Of a stretch of 51,756 nt of DNA, positions 11,098 through 24,276 are shown one piece after another. Position numbers and translations under genes: made by a program. The stretch lies in the NCBI RefSeq assembly GCF_001194135.2, contig NC_068990.1, positions 82,655,192 to 82,706,947 on the forward strand. Reading direction: 5' to 3'. Position 1 is the stretch's first letter; each line of letters opens with the position of its first letter. The notes beneath the pieces were generated by a model. The model saw only the letters and a list, made by a program, of their open reading frames with translations. It did not search any database and was not told where the DNA came from. Source of the stretch: Octopus bimaculoides. Its lineage: Eukaryota.

Positions 11098-12574
11098 CTC
11101 CTCTTAGATTTTCTGCTGAGTCATGAGTAAAAGTTCAGAGAGCATATTCGTATCTGATCATGATGACTAGATACGAACCTAAACGAATTGTCGAAAGCAA
11201 TATACGCGGTACCAGGTCATATTCGCAGGTAGATGATGGCTAAGCAAGGTTTTATTTGTACATATATAGCTGTAATCATTTATGTAAGTATGTATCTGCA
11301 CATGCGAGTGTGTGCAATCATGTATGTTATTTCTTGTACAGTATGTTTTGATGTGTGTCCTTGCGTCTAGCATTTATGTCAATTCACCTATATATGCCTC
11401 TTACTGCAAGCTTATCTTTTGGAGTGTTTTATATATATTCACAGTTTTATTAAGTGTTTGTAACAGTAATTTCCAAATTAGCCGTGTCCTATGTGGTTTT
11501 ATGAAGTCCAGTTTCTTAAGATTAATGGTGAAACTGTTATTTATATATCCAAATGCCGAAATAATTACAAATGTAAGAATGTATGTATGTCAGTGAGCAT
11601 ACTTGTATATTTGCTCGCGTGAGAAGTATGTATCACTTGCCATAAATCAATTGGTATTTCATTGTCTTCTGCTGGAAAATATGAGCAGACAAACGGTAAC
11701 AGTAAATTTGAAGACTTCACTTAACATATATAAACGTTGTAAGTTACATCAACTGAGAAAATGACTTGCAAGTATAGGATTTGTGAGATTGCCCCAGGAA
11801 TTTTAATCCCCATAATACATTGCTTCTATGTAAACCCATTTAAATTGTTCGTAACAACAGAAAGTATTTATCAGCAATACTAGTAATAAAATTTGGCTCC
11901 ATACCAGAAAATGATGGTTTACTGAACCTGATCAGTGCATTTGCATCGTATTCACACGATCAAAATACTATTTCATTATGACGCCATATTCATTAGTGTT
12001 TACACACACACACATACGGCTTTTCTAGCATTATGGCCTCGTTACAGCTTGAAATATGTACGTACTTGCCAGAATGTATAATCAATAGAGTTGCATTATA
12101 CTATTAATGTTTTATTCTCTTTATATGGACTGCAGTAATGCTGTCAATTTTTCATGACGTAATTAGTTTCTTTAGCACTAAGTAATTTGCCGTAAATATT
12201 GTAAAAATATTTTTATCGCTTTCTACCACCTCTCGCGCCCAAGTCGTTAGGAAAAAATCTGCAGTGAAAATATATAGAGAAAACGAAACCTATTTATTGA
12301 TAATTTTTAACGATTATTAGAAAACATCTGTAATTTTTACTGAAATCAAAGTGTAGAGTTTACATTTAAAACACGTCAAATGTTCAAACCTTGTTTCCTG
12401 TAGTATCGTTGTCACACCCAATTTAATCTTTGAAGTTTTAACTTAAGTATGAAAATTTAAATTTGCGTTAAAATTAACCATATATACATAATAAAATACT
12501 TCAATGCTTTTATGTATATATAACTATATGAAGTTCGTTGAACCTCGTATTTCTTGCTTATATTAAATATTCAT

Positions 12575-12725
12575 TCTTTCTGCTATAGGCAGAAGGCCTG
12601 AAATTTTATTGGGATGGGGAGTAAGACGATTAGGTCGACCTCAGTGCTCAACTGGTACTTACTTTATCAACACAGAAAGGATTAAATGCAAAGCCGAACT
12701 AGGCAGAATCTGAATTTAGAGCCTA
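12575..12725 (-). mobile_element. SINE family A, partial
   Basis: ataggcagaaggcctgaaatt...ggtcgacctcagtgctcaactggtacttactttatc...gcaaagccgaactaggcagaatctgaattt. Confidence 0.8.
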
Positions 12726-12730
12726 AATCT

Positions 12731-13128
12731 GGGGTGTGGTTGTGTGCTAAGGTATTTACCTCACAACTACAAGGTATCGGGTTCAGGCCCATTACGTGGC
12801 GCCTTGAGAATAGCTTTTGACCGATTGAAGAGCCTTTTGATTGGATATTAATAGACATACACTGAAAGAAATTAGCTGTATGTGTGCAGAAGTACATGTG
12901 TGTGCGTGTGTGTGTGTGTGTGTGTGTGCCATAGTCTTTGTCCCCACCACCGCTTGACAAGTGATGTCGGCTTGGTTATGTCCCCATAACGTAGAAGTTC
13001 ACCAGAAAAAAGACAGATACAATAAATAACAGACTTAGGATTGGGTGCAATTTGTTCGACAAATCATTTCAAGGCATTGCCCTAGCACGGCTGTAGTCCA
13101 TTAACTAAAACAAGTAAACGGCAAAAGA
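12731..13128 (+). mobile_element. Degenerate SINE family B with internal (GT)n tract
   Basis: Head gtggttgtgtgctaagg...gggttcaggcccattacgtggcgccttgag is homologous to 50992-51098. After the (GT)n tract comes a 3' part ccccaccaccgcttgacaa...ttcaaggc...aaacaagtaaa. Confidence 0.7.
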
Positions 13129-14061
13129 TTGTATTTTCGAGCCTTCCTAGTCTAGATTGAGGTCTAATTCTTTGGTATGATTAAGACTTCTGAAATGGTT
13201 GCAGATTGCTTGATAGAAATAGACTGGGCATGTTGTAGTTTGTTTGGAAAGTAGCGGAAATATTGTTGTGATTTGTGCGATAGGAAGGAGATAGGAGTAT
13301 TGAAGTCGTAAGTGTATCAGATAATTTTAGAAAAAGAAATTGAGTTCAGAGTGTTAGAAGCTGTTTTGTAAGAGGGATTTGATACTTTATCGATGAGAAA
13401 ATATCTCCTGAATATTTGTGTGAAGAGTCTTCTAACAGGCTAGCTTTTTACGTATTTACAAATTTTATTTGTGTCATAGTTGCACCAAAGCAGAAAAACA
13501 AGGATTACTGAAGTTTAAAGAAATAGAGGAACTCAAAGAACGAAGAGAAAGAGAGGGACATTGACAGAATGAGCGAACATATCGAATACCGATATCTTTC
13601 CTTGACGTTAGCGAGATCTGTGACACAGCTTTTACCCATGTAAAGAATGTAGAAGTATCAATTCGAAATTTTACTAATATTCTTGTGCGTTTCTTTCTAG
13701 AAGTATAATGACAGTGTGTTGATGTTGTATAAAATCATTGAAGAATATTTTTTTCTTTAGCGGCCCATTCATGGAAGAAGTGATTTCTTGGAGTAAAATA
13801 TTGACATGTATAAAAAAGCAAGGAAGCAACTATAAAAAATTCCATAGTGTAGCAGTTATATGTTTGAGATGAATGACTGCGTATTTCTAGCAATGTATGT
13901 TGCAAAATAATCCTACGTTATTTAAGGGGCATGACACCTATTGGTAGGCAGAATATTTTCATGTATGATGCAACAGCAACTTTTGATAGTGGCAGAGTAA
14001 AAACATTAAAGGATCTGAACTATCAGTTTCACGTTTTTCCAATCTAACTGGGAAAATAGCT

Positions 14062-14125
<64 letters not shown>

Positions 14126-14229
14126 NNNNNNNNNNNNNNNNNNNNNNNNNNNNNNNNNNNNNNNNNNNNNNNNNNNNNNNNNNNNNNNNNNNNNNNNNNN
14201 NNNNNNNNNNNNNNNNNNNNNNNNNNNNN

Positions 14230-14285
<56 letters not shown>

Positions 14286-14348
14286 GTGTGTGCGCGTGTG
14301 CGTGTGCGTGCACGCGTGTGTGTTTGTATATATCTATATATATATATA

Positions 14349-14380
<32 letters not shown>

Positions 14381-15959
14381 AGTGTGTGTGGGTGCATGTG
14401 TCGTCACACAAAGTCAATAGCCGAGACATTAAAATAATTCATAAAACGCCCATGTGTGCTTATATCTGTGCTCACGCGCTTGTATGCATGTTGATACAGC
14501 ATTAAAATGTCTGTTTTGAGGCACGGATAAAATACACTGGACTGGATGATGGTATAACTTGTTATATATGCTTATATTATTGATTGAAGTTGACGTAAGT
14601 TGGGTGAAAGGTGAATACAATCCTGACCTTTACTTGCTGATCAGCAGTTAAAGAAAGATAGCTTACGAATCCAGCTAGTGTTTTTCCTCTTTAAACTTAA
14701 AAATGTATACATCTTTCCTCATTTATATTTAACACGCAACTATGACAAATGTCTTTTCTGATTACCAAAAGAGGGAAAACATTTGCCCTTCTTGCAAAAT
14801 ACATGTTCTTTCTGATGTCTATAGTCATTCGACAACTCCATTTTATGTCTATCCTCAAGATAGTAAATAACAGATATAAGCTTGTCTGCTTATATTAACA
14901 ATGCAAAGAAGTATATATTTTTATATGGAGATAGCTAATAACTACACAAATACAAAATGTCATTGCTAAAATTCTTACTAGAAAATTTAGATTCGCCTAA
15001 ACAGGTACATCGATAAACTAAAAACTAGGGTATATCAATAATTATGCCAGCTTACAATAATATTTAATGTAAATATAATTCAGGACATTCAAATACTTGT
15101 GATATGGAATTTTACTTCTAACAAATTAAATGATAACCATCCAGTATTGATCTATACTATCTGAAGACGACACCTATGGCTATAATTAGAGAGAAATAAA
15201 AAAAAATATGAATCATATATCTTTTTTTAGATAATATTGAAGGTAAGCAATTAAAATGGTTGTAATTTTTTTCTCTATGGCCTGTTCATATAGAAATATA
15301 TGCTAACATTTTGCTTGTCGTCAAGTTTCATGTATCATTATTTTCTCTTAACCACCTGAACAAAATAGATATGACAAGTAATGCTCGACAAATTTTATGA
15401 CACTTCAGTGAAGACTGAACTAATAAATTATAATTGTTTAAAAATAGTACCGTCTCTGTCATTTAACCTGTTTTCATATATAAGTTTCATTTGATGATAA
15501 TAGATGGTGTAAAATTCAAATCTTCTTAAGTTTCTGAGAAGAATACATTATTTTTCATTATTTCGGCTCGTGTAGATGTAGGGAATAATAAATCATCTGA
15601 AAAAGTTAGCTATTTGATGACGACCTCTTATACGGTGTATATTGATTTTTCATCTCGGTATCTCCATGAAGCCGGAGCTACATAACACACGAAACAAAGA
15701 GTTTTTGTAGGAAATGAATTATAAAATTGTATGGCAAGTGATTACAAGGAGTCAGCTGTCACTGTTGTTTTATTGGCATTGTTAATTATTGTCGTTTTGT
15801 CCTCATCAATTTAAATCAACAGTACTTCATTTAATATCAGTAACAAATCAATGTAGGGCAGTCGATTGACAGAACAGATAGAGTCGGGCAAGTTTATTTG
15901 CGCTATCTGTTCAAGGTCTCTGTTCTGACAAAACGCCTGCGCCGATTCTGGTACTAGGT

Positions 15960-16070
15960 TGTAACGACCAAAGTTGTCAGTCTTGCTCTGGGATAAACAC
16001 TGATGTGATGAAGAGGTAAAACTTGCATGTATGGGTAATTGCTTGTCTTCCTCAAAAATTCCTTGAGGCA
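15960..16070 (+). mobile_element. Degenerate 3' part of SINE family C
   Basis: gggataaacactgatgtgatgaagagg...gcatgtatgggtaattgcttgtcttcctcaaaaa aligns with ttggacaacattggtggtgtggagagg...gtatgcatgggcaactgctggtcttctataaaa of the 42.5-kb copy. Confidence 0.6.
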
Positions 16071-16984
16071 CAGTCACCGATGATTAACAGAACTCTTACA
16101 TCGAATGTAATCGGGGAGGGGGTGGGGAGAAAAAAATGAACATTCAGTTACCAAAAAAATGACAGTCTCAGCCGTAGAAATGAAAATAGAAAAGTGAAGA
16201 ATGGAACCAAAAATTATGAAACATTAAGTCTGTTTTTCTATTATTTTTAACGAATTACCACCCTCTTATAGCGTATCAAAGTCGTCCCACTCCCTTCAGA
16301 AAAACAGACTGTTATGACAAAACGCTATAGAAAATGCTTCAATAGTTATCTTTATTATTTTTTCCTGTCTCACTTGGATAACATTTTCATAACATTTTAT
16401 CTTAGATAAACAATTATATAGAAGAATATACTGATAAAATTAATGCTTTTCTTTATTTCTTAAAGCTATTCTTTCCTTTTTTTTTATTTTTATTTTGCTG
16501 TTCAGCATATTTTTTTATTCACTTCAAATATCTTGTAGATAACGTGCTTTTGTGTGGTTATGTTTACGCTTAAACATACACATGCACACACAAACACACA
16601 CACACACACATATATCTGTGTGTGTGTGTGTGTGTGTGTATCTATACTCACATTTATAAAATAACATTTTTATGTAATATGCAGACAAATACTTATAAGT
16701 GAACACACACTCACATACATTAATACATAAATATATAAGTACGCACATTATACACATACACACACAATATATGTATATATGCGCGTGCGTGAGTGAGTGT
16801 GTATAACTTGTGTGTTTGCATAAATGCGCATCATAGGAACATACATATGTTTCAATAGTAAGGAAAATGCAAAAGAATGGAACACTGCAGTGAATTTAAA
16901 ATCAGTCAAGTTAAACCAATGAGAAATATCTATCTATCTATACATACATATTTATATATATATATATGTATGTATATATAAATG

Positions 16985-17035
<51 letters not shown>

Positions 17036-17111
17036 TATATGAGAGAGAGAGAAATAGATAGATAGATAGATAGATAGACAGATATAAAGACAGAGACACA
17101 CGCACGCACTC

Positions 17112-17155
<44 letters not shown>

Positions 17156-17914
17156 AAATTCGGATGAATACAAGGTTATATTAAAATTCTTACGCGCGGT
17201 TCACCAGAGCGGTTGTTTTTGGCCCTGCAATAGGTTTTCGTAGTGCATTTATCAACTTCACCACAGCGGATTATCAGGGTAAAGTTTATTGTGTTTAGTG
17301 ATCCTTCATCGAGACATACACACGTTGGGTCGTGCTGCAGGTATATTACTTGACGCAGCAGTGCAATGAAGCTGGGTGCTTGCTTCTCTGGGATTGGTTA
17401 AAGTGATGTAGACATCTCTGATGGTTCTACATTATCTTTTCAATCTACGGAGACACAGCTAAATTAGCCCTGTTATATATAACTTTAGACTAGTTTCAAA
17501 TGTCTGTGACATATTTTAGCTTTGAAAGGCAATATTAATGTAATTTTCTGTGAACAAAATAAATCTTGCTTATGGTAAAAGGTGTAAATACTTCCCTATC
17601 AGCTCAGTGACGCTCTCTCTCGGGTTCCTCGATGCATTTCTGTCTCCTGAGTCACCCTCAGTAGGAAATACTAGCAAGAGGTAACCCTGAGCTGATTAGA
17701 AAGCCGTAGCTTTATAACAGAGCAGTCAGTATTAATGACTGGCTTTCGCTCGTCGACTGTCTAGTTAGAACAAAATCATTACTAAACGCACGAAGTAATG
17801 AACGGGCTACGGAGTTAGAAATGCATACAAAGCTATGAGGCGACTCCACACATGTTCTAACATACATGAGAGGGAAAAAGCAACACAGGCACAATAGATG
17901 TCACAAGAGCCCAA

Positions 17915-18657
17915 CTAAGAGAACTAGGAGCATAAAGAGAAGGACCTATCTTTCCGTTCTGAGTTCAAATCTTGCTGAGATCAACTTTGCCTTTCATTGT
18001 TTCGGGGCTGATAAAATATTTTGCAGTTGAGCATTGGGGTCGATGTAATCGACTTCCTTGATTCCCTGAACTTCCTGGCCTTGTGCCAAAATTCCAAAGT
18101 ATTATTATATTTATTAAGGAGGTGAGCAGGCAGAATATTGTGAAGCACGCCGGAAAAAATGCTTAGACGCACTTCGTCCGTTTTTACGTTCTGAGTTCAA
18201 ATTTCGCCGAGGTTGATTTTTGCCTTTCTTCCAGTAGGGGTCGATAAAATAAGTACTAGTCGAGTTCTCGGTTGGTGTATTCGACTTACCTCCTGCAAGG
18301 AAGTTACTGGAATTGTGCCTAAATTTGAAACCGTATTACCATTATTATTATTATAACGGTGAAGGCGGCGAGCTGGCAGAATCGTTAGCACGTTGGTCGA
18401 AATGCTTAGCAGTGATTATTTCGCCCGTAGGGGTCGATACAATAAGTACCAGTCGAGCACTAGGGCCGATGTAATCGAATCATTCACACCTCCTCCAAGC
18501 TGCCTCTGTGACAAAAATTTGAAATGATATACTATTGTTAAGGTGGTAGCTACCAAAATTGTTAAGCATGCCGTGCAAAATACTTAGCGACATCTCGTTT
18601 TGAGATCAAATGCCATTGCGGTCAACTTTGCTTTCATCATTTCGGGGTCTATAAATT
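17915..18657 (+). mobile_element. Head-to-tail array of four SINE family A copies
   Basis: Copies at ~17915-18098, 18115-18333, 18362-18527 (internal deletion) and 18539-18657, joined by (ATT)n-like spacers. Confidence 0.88.
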
Positions 18658-20649
18658 TCAATCGACCACATTCGGGCACCTGAGCCGACAATTTAAGTTC
18701 CGGTGTCTCGACTACGAAACTAAGTTGCATGGTATCATATAAGTTTTCTTTTTACATAATCATATTTGTGACTCTTACCAAGTGTTTCAATGAAAATATG
18801 AACGTGTGCGTCTTTATGTAGCTATTCTGTAGTAGAAAAAAAAAAACGTCGTAAACGTCTAGGTATATAGGTAGGTTATGTACGGTGACATATATTGCTG
18901 TAGAAATTAGGAAATATATGCTTAAAGTGTTTCTAAATGACTAAGATACATTTTCTAAAAGTCNNNNNNNNNNATAATTATATGTAAATGTATATGTAAG
19001 TATCCGAAGTGATTCTCTCTACATGCAGAGAATCACATAATCACTGGCACTCGGAAACTTAACTATGCACAAACGTAATCGTATACACCTATACATATAC
19101 CTTCACAAAGACACTGAAAGAATCATTCAAAGAGATAACACCACACACATTCGAATATGACACGTAGCGAAACACACAGACACACGCACTCATTCATTCG
19201 TTCTTAGAAAATTTATTTAGTTTTCTTTTTGCCACTGTTTTCATGAAGAGATAGCATATACAATTTCAGCTTTTTGATCAGCACAATTTCTTGTGCTGTT
19301 TTTATATTTTTCTTCTTGTGTTTGGAATTTGCAAATTATAGTTTGATCTTTCACCTTCACTTTTTAATGCAATGCAAATGGTAAAAATCATTGTTGTTGC
19401 TGTATATCACACATAAAATCCTGGCAGAGCACTCCTATCATCAAAGGCTGGAACTGCCGTTTTTTTTTCCAGTCAGTTTATTATAGCGTACAGTATCCAG
19501 TATTTTTACATTTTTTCTTAATTGTATTCCAGTAATTTGAGGGAAATTTGAATTAACTCTTCACCGTAGATATATGCATGCATACATAAATACGTACATC
19601 CATGCATACATGAATACATGCACATATACATTCATATCATAAAATGTCAGGAAGTATGAGAGATGATTATATATGTTTAACCACTTGACATTCCTAGGAT
19701 TACTGGCGTTTCGGAGCCTTCTTCATGAAGTAATAATCTGAGTGTGGAATAAAATTATGTTTACATTAATATGCATGCTTATGCATTATACAATGCAATT
19801 GTATATTCACAAATCAATGCAAATAAAGAGAGATAGCCATTAGATGATCTGAGGAGCTAGCTTTCTTTATTTGTATTGGTTTGTGAATATAAAATTGTAT
19901 TGAATTGTAAGAAGCATAGCATGAGTATTGATGCTGACATAACTTTATTCTACACTAAAATTCTTACTACTTCAATAAGGCTGCGAAACGGTCGTAATCG
20001 CAAGGATGTAAAGCAGTTAAATCTATCGCTCATATCCCCTGAATTTTTTATGATCTACACACTCCTCAAAGTAATTTCTTTGACCGGACCTTCTCGATTT
20101 CAGCTGCATTGACATTCTGCATTACACTTTTTTTCTGTATTAGATTATTAAGTGGTCTGATATCAGAGTTCGCTAGAGGAGCGGTCTGTGACAGCTGCAC
20201 GACTCTCTAAATCGATAACTTATATACAAATTACACGCACACATACACACACACACACACAGGCACACGCACGCACACACGCACGCACACACGCATATGC
20301 ACTTTATTTTGGTGGGCGTGTATCTGAAATGGGAAAGGCAGTCGATTATGGTTGTAGAATCACATATTGACCTTGCAGCTAAGTACATTACTTTGACCCC
20401 AGGCCACGGATATTTATGCTATCTACTTTCAGTAAAATTCCTTATATAAAAAATAGAAATAATAAGTGAGATGGTAACCACCTCAATTTCCTTTTCGAGA
20501 CCTTTGTAACTGCAATCCAAATACTTCTGTCTTAATTCGTTCGAAAGCTACTTACGTTATGTTGGAAATGTTCTCTTTGGGAACGATAAATCGCTGATGT
20601 GGTTCTGACCAGAAATCTACTTTGTGGTTGTCTTGAAATAGTCTTATCG

Positions 20650-21770
20650 CCCTCATTCCCTTCTTAAGTGAACGATTATAAATACTCTGTCAACTTCTCG
20701 TTTCCTTTCGGATAACTGAAAAAAAATGTTGTTCTTGCTATTGTGCCTGTTTTTGTTGCTACTGTTTTTTTTTTGTTCTTTAATTCTTAAGATTCCTTTT
20801 GTTGTTGCTGCTGGTGTCTTCTTGGTGTTTATTTTGTTACATAGCCGCTGTATCTGCAATTTGTACTGCTGATTTCTTGTTCACGTTTTGTCATACTCGC
20901 TATGGTAGTGGCTGTTGATCTGTCGAATGGTGGAACTGTTTGATCATGACATTTTCAGACCTGGACGGCTTGGCGTTTCCAAGAGTTTTGGTTTTTCGTA
21001 TCAGGCCACCAGAATTGTCTATTTACTCGCTATATCTTGTGTATTTTCCACAACCTACCTGCTATTCGGACGTTGAAGGCATGTTAGCAATTGTTCTAAT
21101 TTGCTCTCTCAATCATTTACTTTTGTTCGTACTGGTACTGGTTGTCACGAAAACATCTTTACAGGGGATCTTTCCAAGTATGTTAGCAATTCATTCTACA
21201 GTTGATACTGCTCTAATTCTGAAGTTGCAGCAGTCCGGGCAGCGGTACTGTAGGGCAGCGGTCTGGGCAGAGGTACTGTAGGGCAGAAAGTTTTGAGGCT
21301 GTCCATTTTGCCACAAATATAGACCCTCGAATTTCTAGTATCGCCCTTCACTTGCATTTCCTCACACATCCCGAAGAAAAAGAATGGTCGAGGATGCCTT
21401 TCAGAATTTCTTTTTCGACTAATGTGGAACTCCAGGGACAATGCTGTATTGTTTTGTTGGGAGTTTGTTTTCTAGCTTCATACTCTTCGAACATTGCAAC
21501 AACACTTACCTGGCCCATGAGTTGCTGGAAGTTTCTAACTTTTGTTTGTGTTGAAAGCATAACATATTCCGCGATGTACCGCTGCTATGATTTACATCTA
21601 GCTGTTATCTCGTGCTATCTTCATCTTGCCACAAATCTATTGTACATTCCACATCTTACAAGCATTTTTCAAAACATGCAACATTTGGGTACTACGCTCT
21701 CCTTTATTGTTCATTGAGTTGTCTCTAATGTGAACGAAATTCTCTTCAAAAAATCATCGCTATAGTTTTT
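20650..21770 (-). mobile_element. Decayed LINE ORF1 (gag-like, L1/Tx1-type) with zinc-knuckle remnant and Lys/Thr-rich tail
   Basis: Minus strand ~21290-21330 reads RVYICGKMDSLKTFCP, a decayed C-x2-C-x4-H-x4-C. It is preceded by EEMQVKGDTRNS and followed by Pro/Ala- and Lys-rich low complexity. Many stops and frameshifts. Confidence 0.55.
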
Positions 21771-21859
21771 AGTGTAATCTAGGTTCAACGTTGTTATTAG
21801 TTGTGGTGTTGCTGATGTTATTGAATGGGAGCTGTTACCGCCTGACATTAATCACCAGT

Positions 21860-22180
21860 TACTAAATTTGGAATATACCGCCGAAGTCGTTTTCGCACGA
21901 GGTAATATGGCAGATATCTTCATTCACCTCCCCATCTATTAAACTTCCGCCTGATTTTATTTTATAAAAGTTATTAGAAAATATTCAGCCGAGAATTCTT
22001 TCGATACGGGGAGCACGAAAGATTTGGCGGAAATGGCTTTTTCAACGGTGGAAATCGGCAAAAGTAAAGCACAATTTGTTAAAGTTGACCGACAGTACTT
22101 CAGCATGGATTCCTTGTGCGGCCACGTAGGTACATTCCAGTTGATTTTCCATCCTAGGGTCCTTGAACCTGATATATCAC
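21860..22180 (-). mobile_element. Possible I/Nimb-type LINE ORF1 N-terminal remnant
   Basis: TWP...STLTNCALLLPISTVEKAISA...SKEFSAEYFLI...NQAE...ILPRAKTTSAVYS loosely follows the recalled WPRFL...SPFAIEKGI...KKLRSGQLLV...PHRTLNTSKGVI pattern in one frame with stops. Confidence 0.35.
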
Positions 22181-22624
22181 ATGCCATGAGTACTGGAAAC
22201 AACTGTAAGCCAAATTTGCTCCAATAAAAGAATTATATGTAATGACCATTATTTCAACTTGTTTGACACACACACACACACACACATACGTACACAAACA
22301 CACATGTATGTACATATATATACATTGACACGCACACTTAAGATGCTTTTACAGTTAATAATAATAGCAGGGAGAAGAAAAAATAATCAAAAGAAGTATC
22401 AATAAGAACATCAATGATAAAAATAACTTTGAAAACTACAGAATGAAATTATGACTAGAAGGAATTTAAATTTTCTGCTAATTATAATAAAAAAAGCCGC
22501 TATGCATTGTTTGTTCTGATAATGTCTTTCCATTACAGCAAAGTGAATAAATCATTGGTTACGTTTTCTAAGAAAAATATTAAAATATATGTACATATAC
22601 ATATAACTATGTGAATATATATAT

Positions 22625-22680
22625 ATTATATTATATTATGTTATATTATATTATATTATATTATATTATATTATATTATA
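22625..22680. repeat. (TTATA)n pentanucleotide repeat
   Basis: Seen directly. Confidence 0.95.
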
Positions 22681-23344
22681 CACACACACATGTATATAAG
22701 CATAGGGGAGGTATTCATTTCTAAATGCAATTATAGCGTGTCTAATTTAATAAATGTTACGATGGTTTATTAAGTTCATTACATTGAAAACACTATGTTC
22801 AGATGCACTGTACTAAAAATGTGTACGCATTCATACATACGTATTCGAATACATTTTTGTCTATATCATATGCATATAAATATTGTATCATTATATATAC
22901 GTAAACTTTTTAAATTATGTTCTCACAATGAGAAAGTGTTAATTATAAAATAATTGGAATACATAATAATGAACTTTTTGTCGCATATTCCATCAGACAA
23001 GACAAATGTAATAATTATTCTATCTCTGTTATACGCTTCTCCAAATTTGGACATACTTATGTGTGTATGTTACTCCAAATAGGTATTTTTAATTTTATAA
23101 ATACACGCAAATTCTACCTATCGAAATATTTATGCACACAAACACATACACACGCACATGTACGTGGAGAGGTTGGTAAAGAAATGAAAAGAGAGCACGA
23201 AATAGTTCGCTGGAGGTATAAGCACCTAACTGGGTTTACTGTAGCTCCATACAGATTTTGAAGCATATCTGGTCCTACAAGCATTGCGGAAATGAGAGAG
23301 AGTCAAGCTGTTATTAAAAACACAGAAACATTAAACCCATCAGC

Positions 23345-23930
23345 GCGTTTGGCGTGCTGGCAGAATCGTTTGCACGCCGGGTAAAATACTTAGCTATATT
23401 TCATCCGTCTTTACGTTCTGAGTTCAAATTCCGCCGAAGTCGATTTTGCCTTTCTTGCTTCGGGTCGACAAAATAAGTACTAGCTGAGTACTGTGGTCGA
23501 TGTAATTGATCTCTCCCTCCCCCGAAATTTCTGCCCTAGAGCCAAAATTTAAAACCGCTGTTATTATTATTAAGGCGGCGACCTGACAGAATCGTTACTA
23601 TACCGGATTATATGCTTAGCGGAATGTCGTCCGTCCTTACTTTCTGTAGTTCAAATGCCACCCAGGTCGACTTTGTGTCTCATCATTTCGAGGTCGATAA
23701 AGTAAAGTCCCAACTGAACACTGACTTGCACCCCACATCCGCACCATAAATTCCAGGACTTAGCGGCACTTATTCCAGCTTTACATTCTTAATTGAGATG
23801 CTGCAAAAGTCAACTCTACCTTTCATCCTTTCCTGGTCGATAAATCTTGTATCAGCTGAGAACTGGGGTCGATGTAATCAACTACTGTCTCTCCCACATT
23901 TTGAGCATTTTGCTTTTAGTAGGCAGAATA
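23345..23930 (+). mobile_element. Head-to-tail array of three SINE family A copies
   Basis: Copies at ~23345-23557, 23572-23750 and 23761-23930. Spacer ctgttattattatt between the first two. Confidence 0.87.
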
Positions 23931-24276
23931 ATTTACTGCAGAACAGGTAGGCACGCTGATTTGGGGCTTCAGGTTGTTGCCCAAATTTGCTAATTTTCTT
24001 CCCCAGGGGTATGGTTTACTATATTTTTACCGTGTTTTCTTTTTCGTTATATTATGTAGAGGAGCTTACCTACAAGCATGTGTTTCATTATAATAATAAT
24101 AATTTTGGATAATTCTGGATTTCATGACATGTTAATGACTCTTCAATAAATGTCATTATTCAGGATTTTGAATCCTATGGGTGGTTGACAGTAATGTATA
24201 AGTTTTAGTTTTCATATAAAGGGAAGTATTATATATATTATATATAACTCCCACCAGCAGTATCGCTAGACGTAAA

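Noticed and set aside
13560-13640. Minus-strand FTWVKA...DLA resembling the end of an RNase H domain
   Set aside because: The H.G..GNE core is missing and upstream motifs were not found; too weak to call.
17186-17397. Met-less ~68-codon Cys-containing minus-strand frame ending at a gtaag donor
   Set aside because: No acceptor tract and no recognisable domain. The plus-strand ILHRDI is not followed by kinase motifs.
19705-19730. Minus-strand CATGAAGAAGGCTCCGAAACGCC hammerhead-like string
   Set aside because: Broken C3-U4, 2-bp stem II, no NUH and no stem I.
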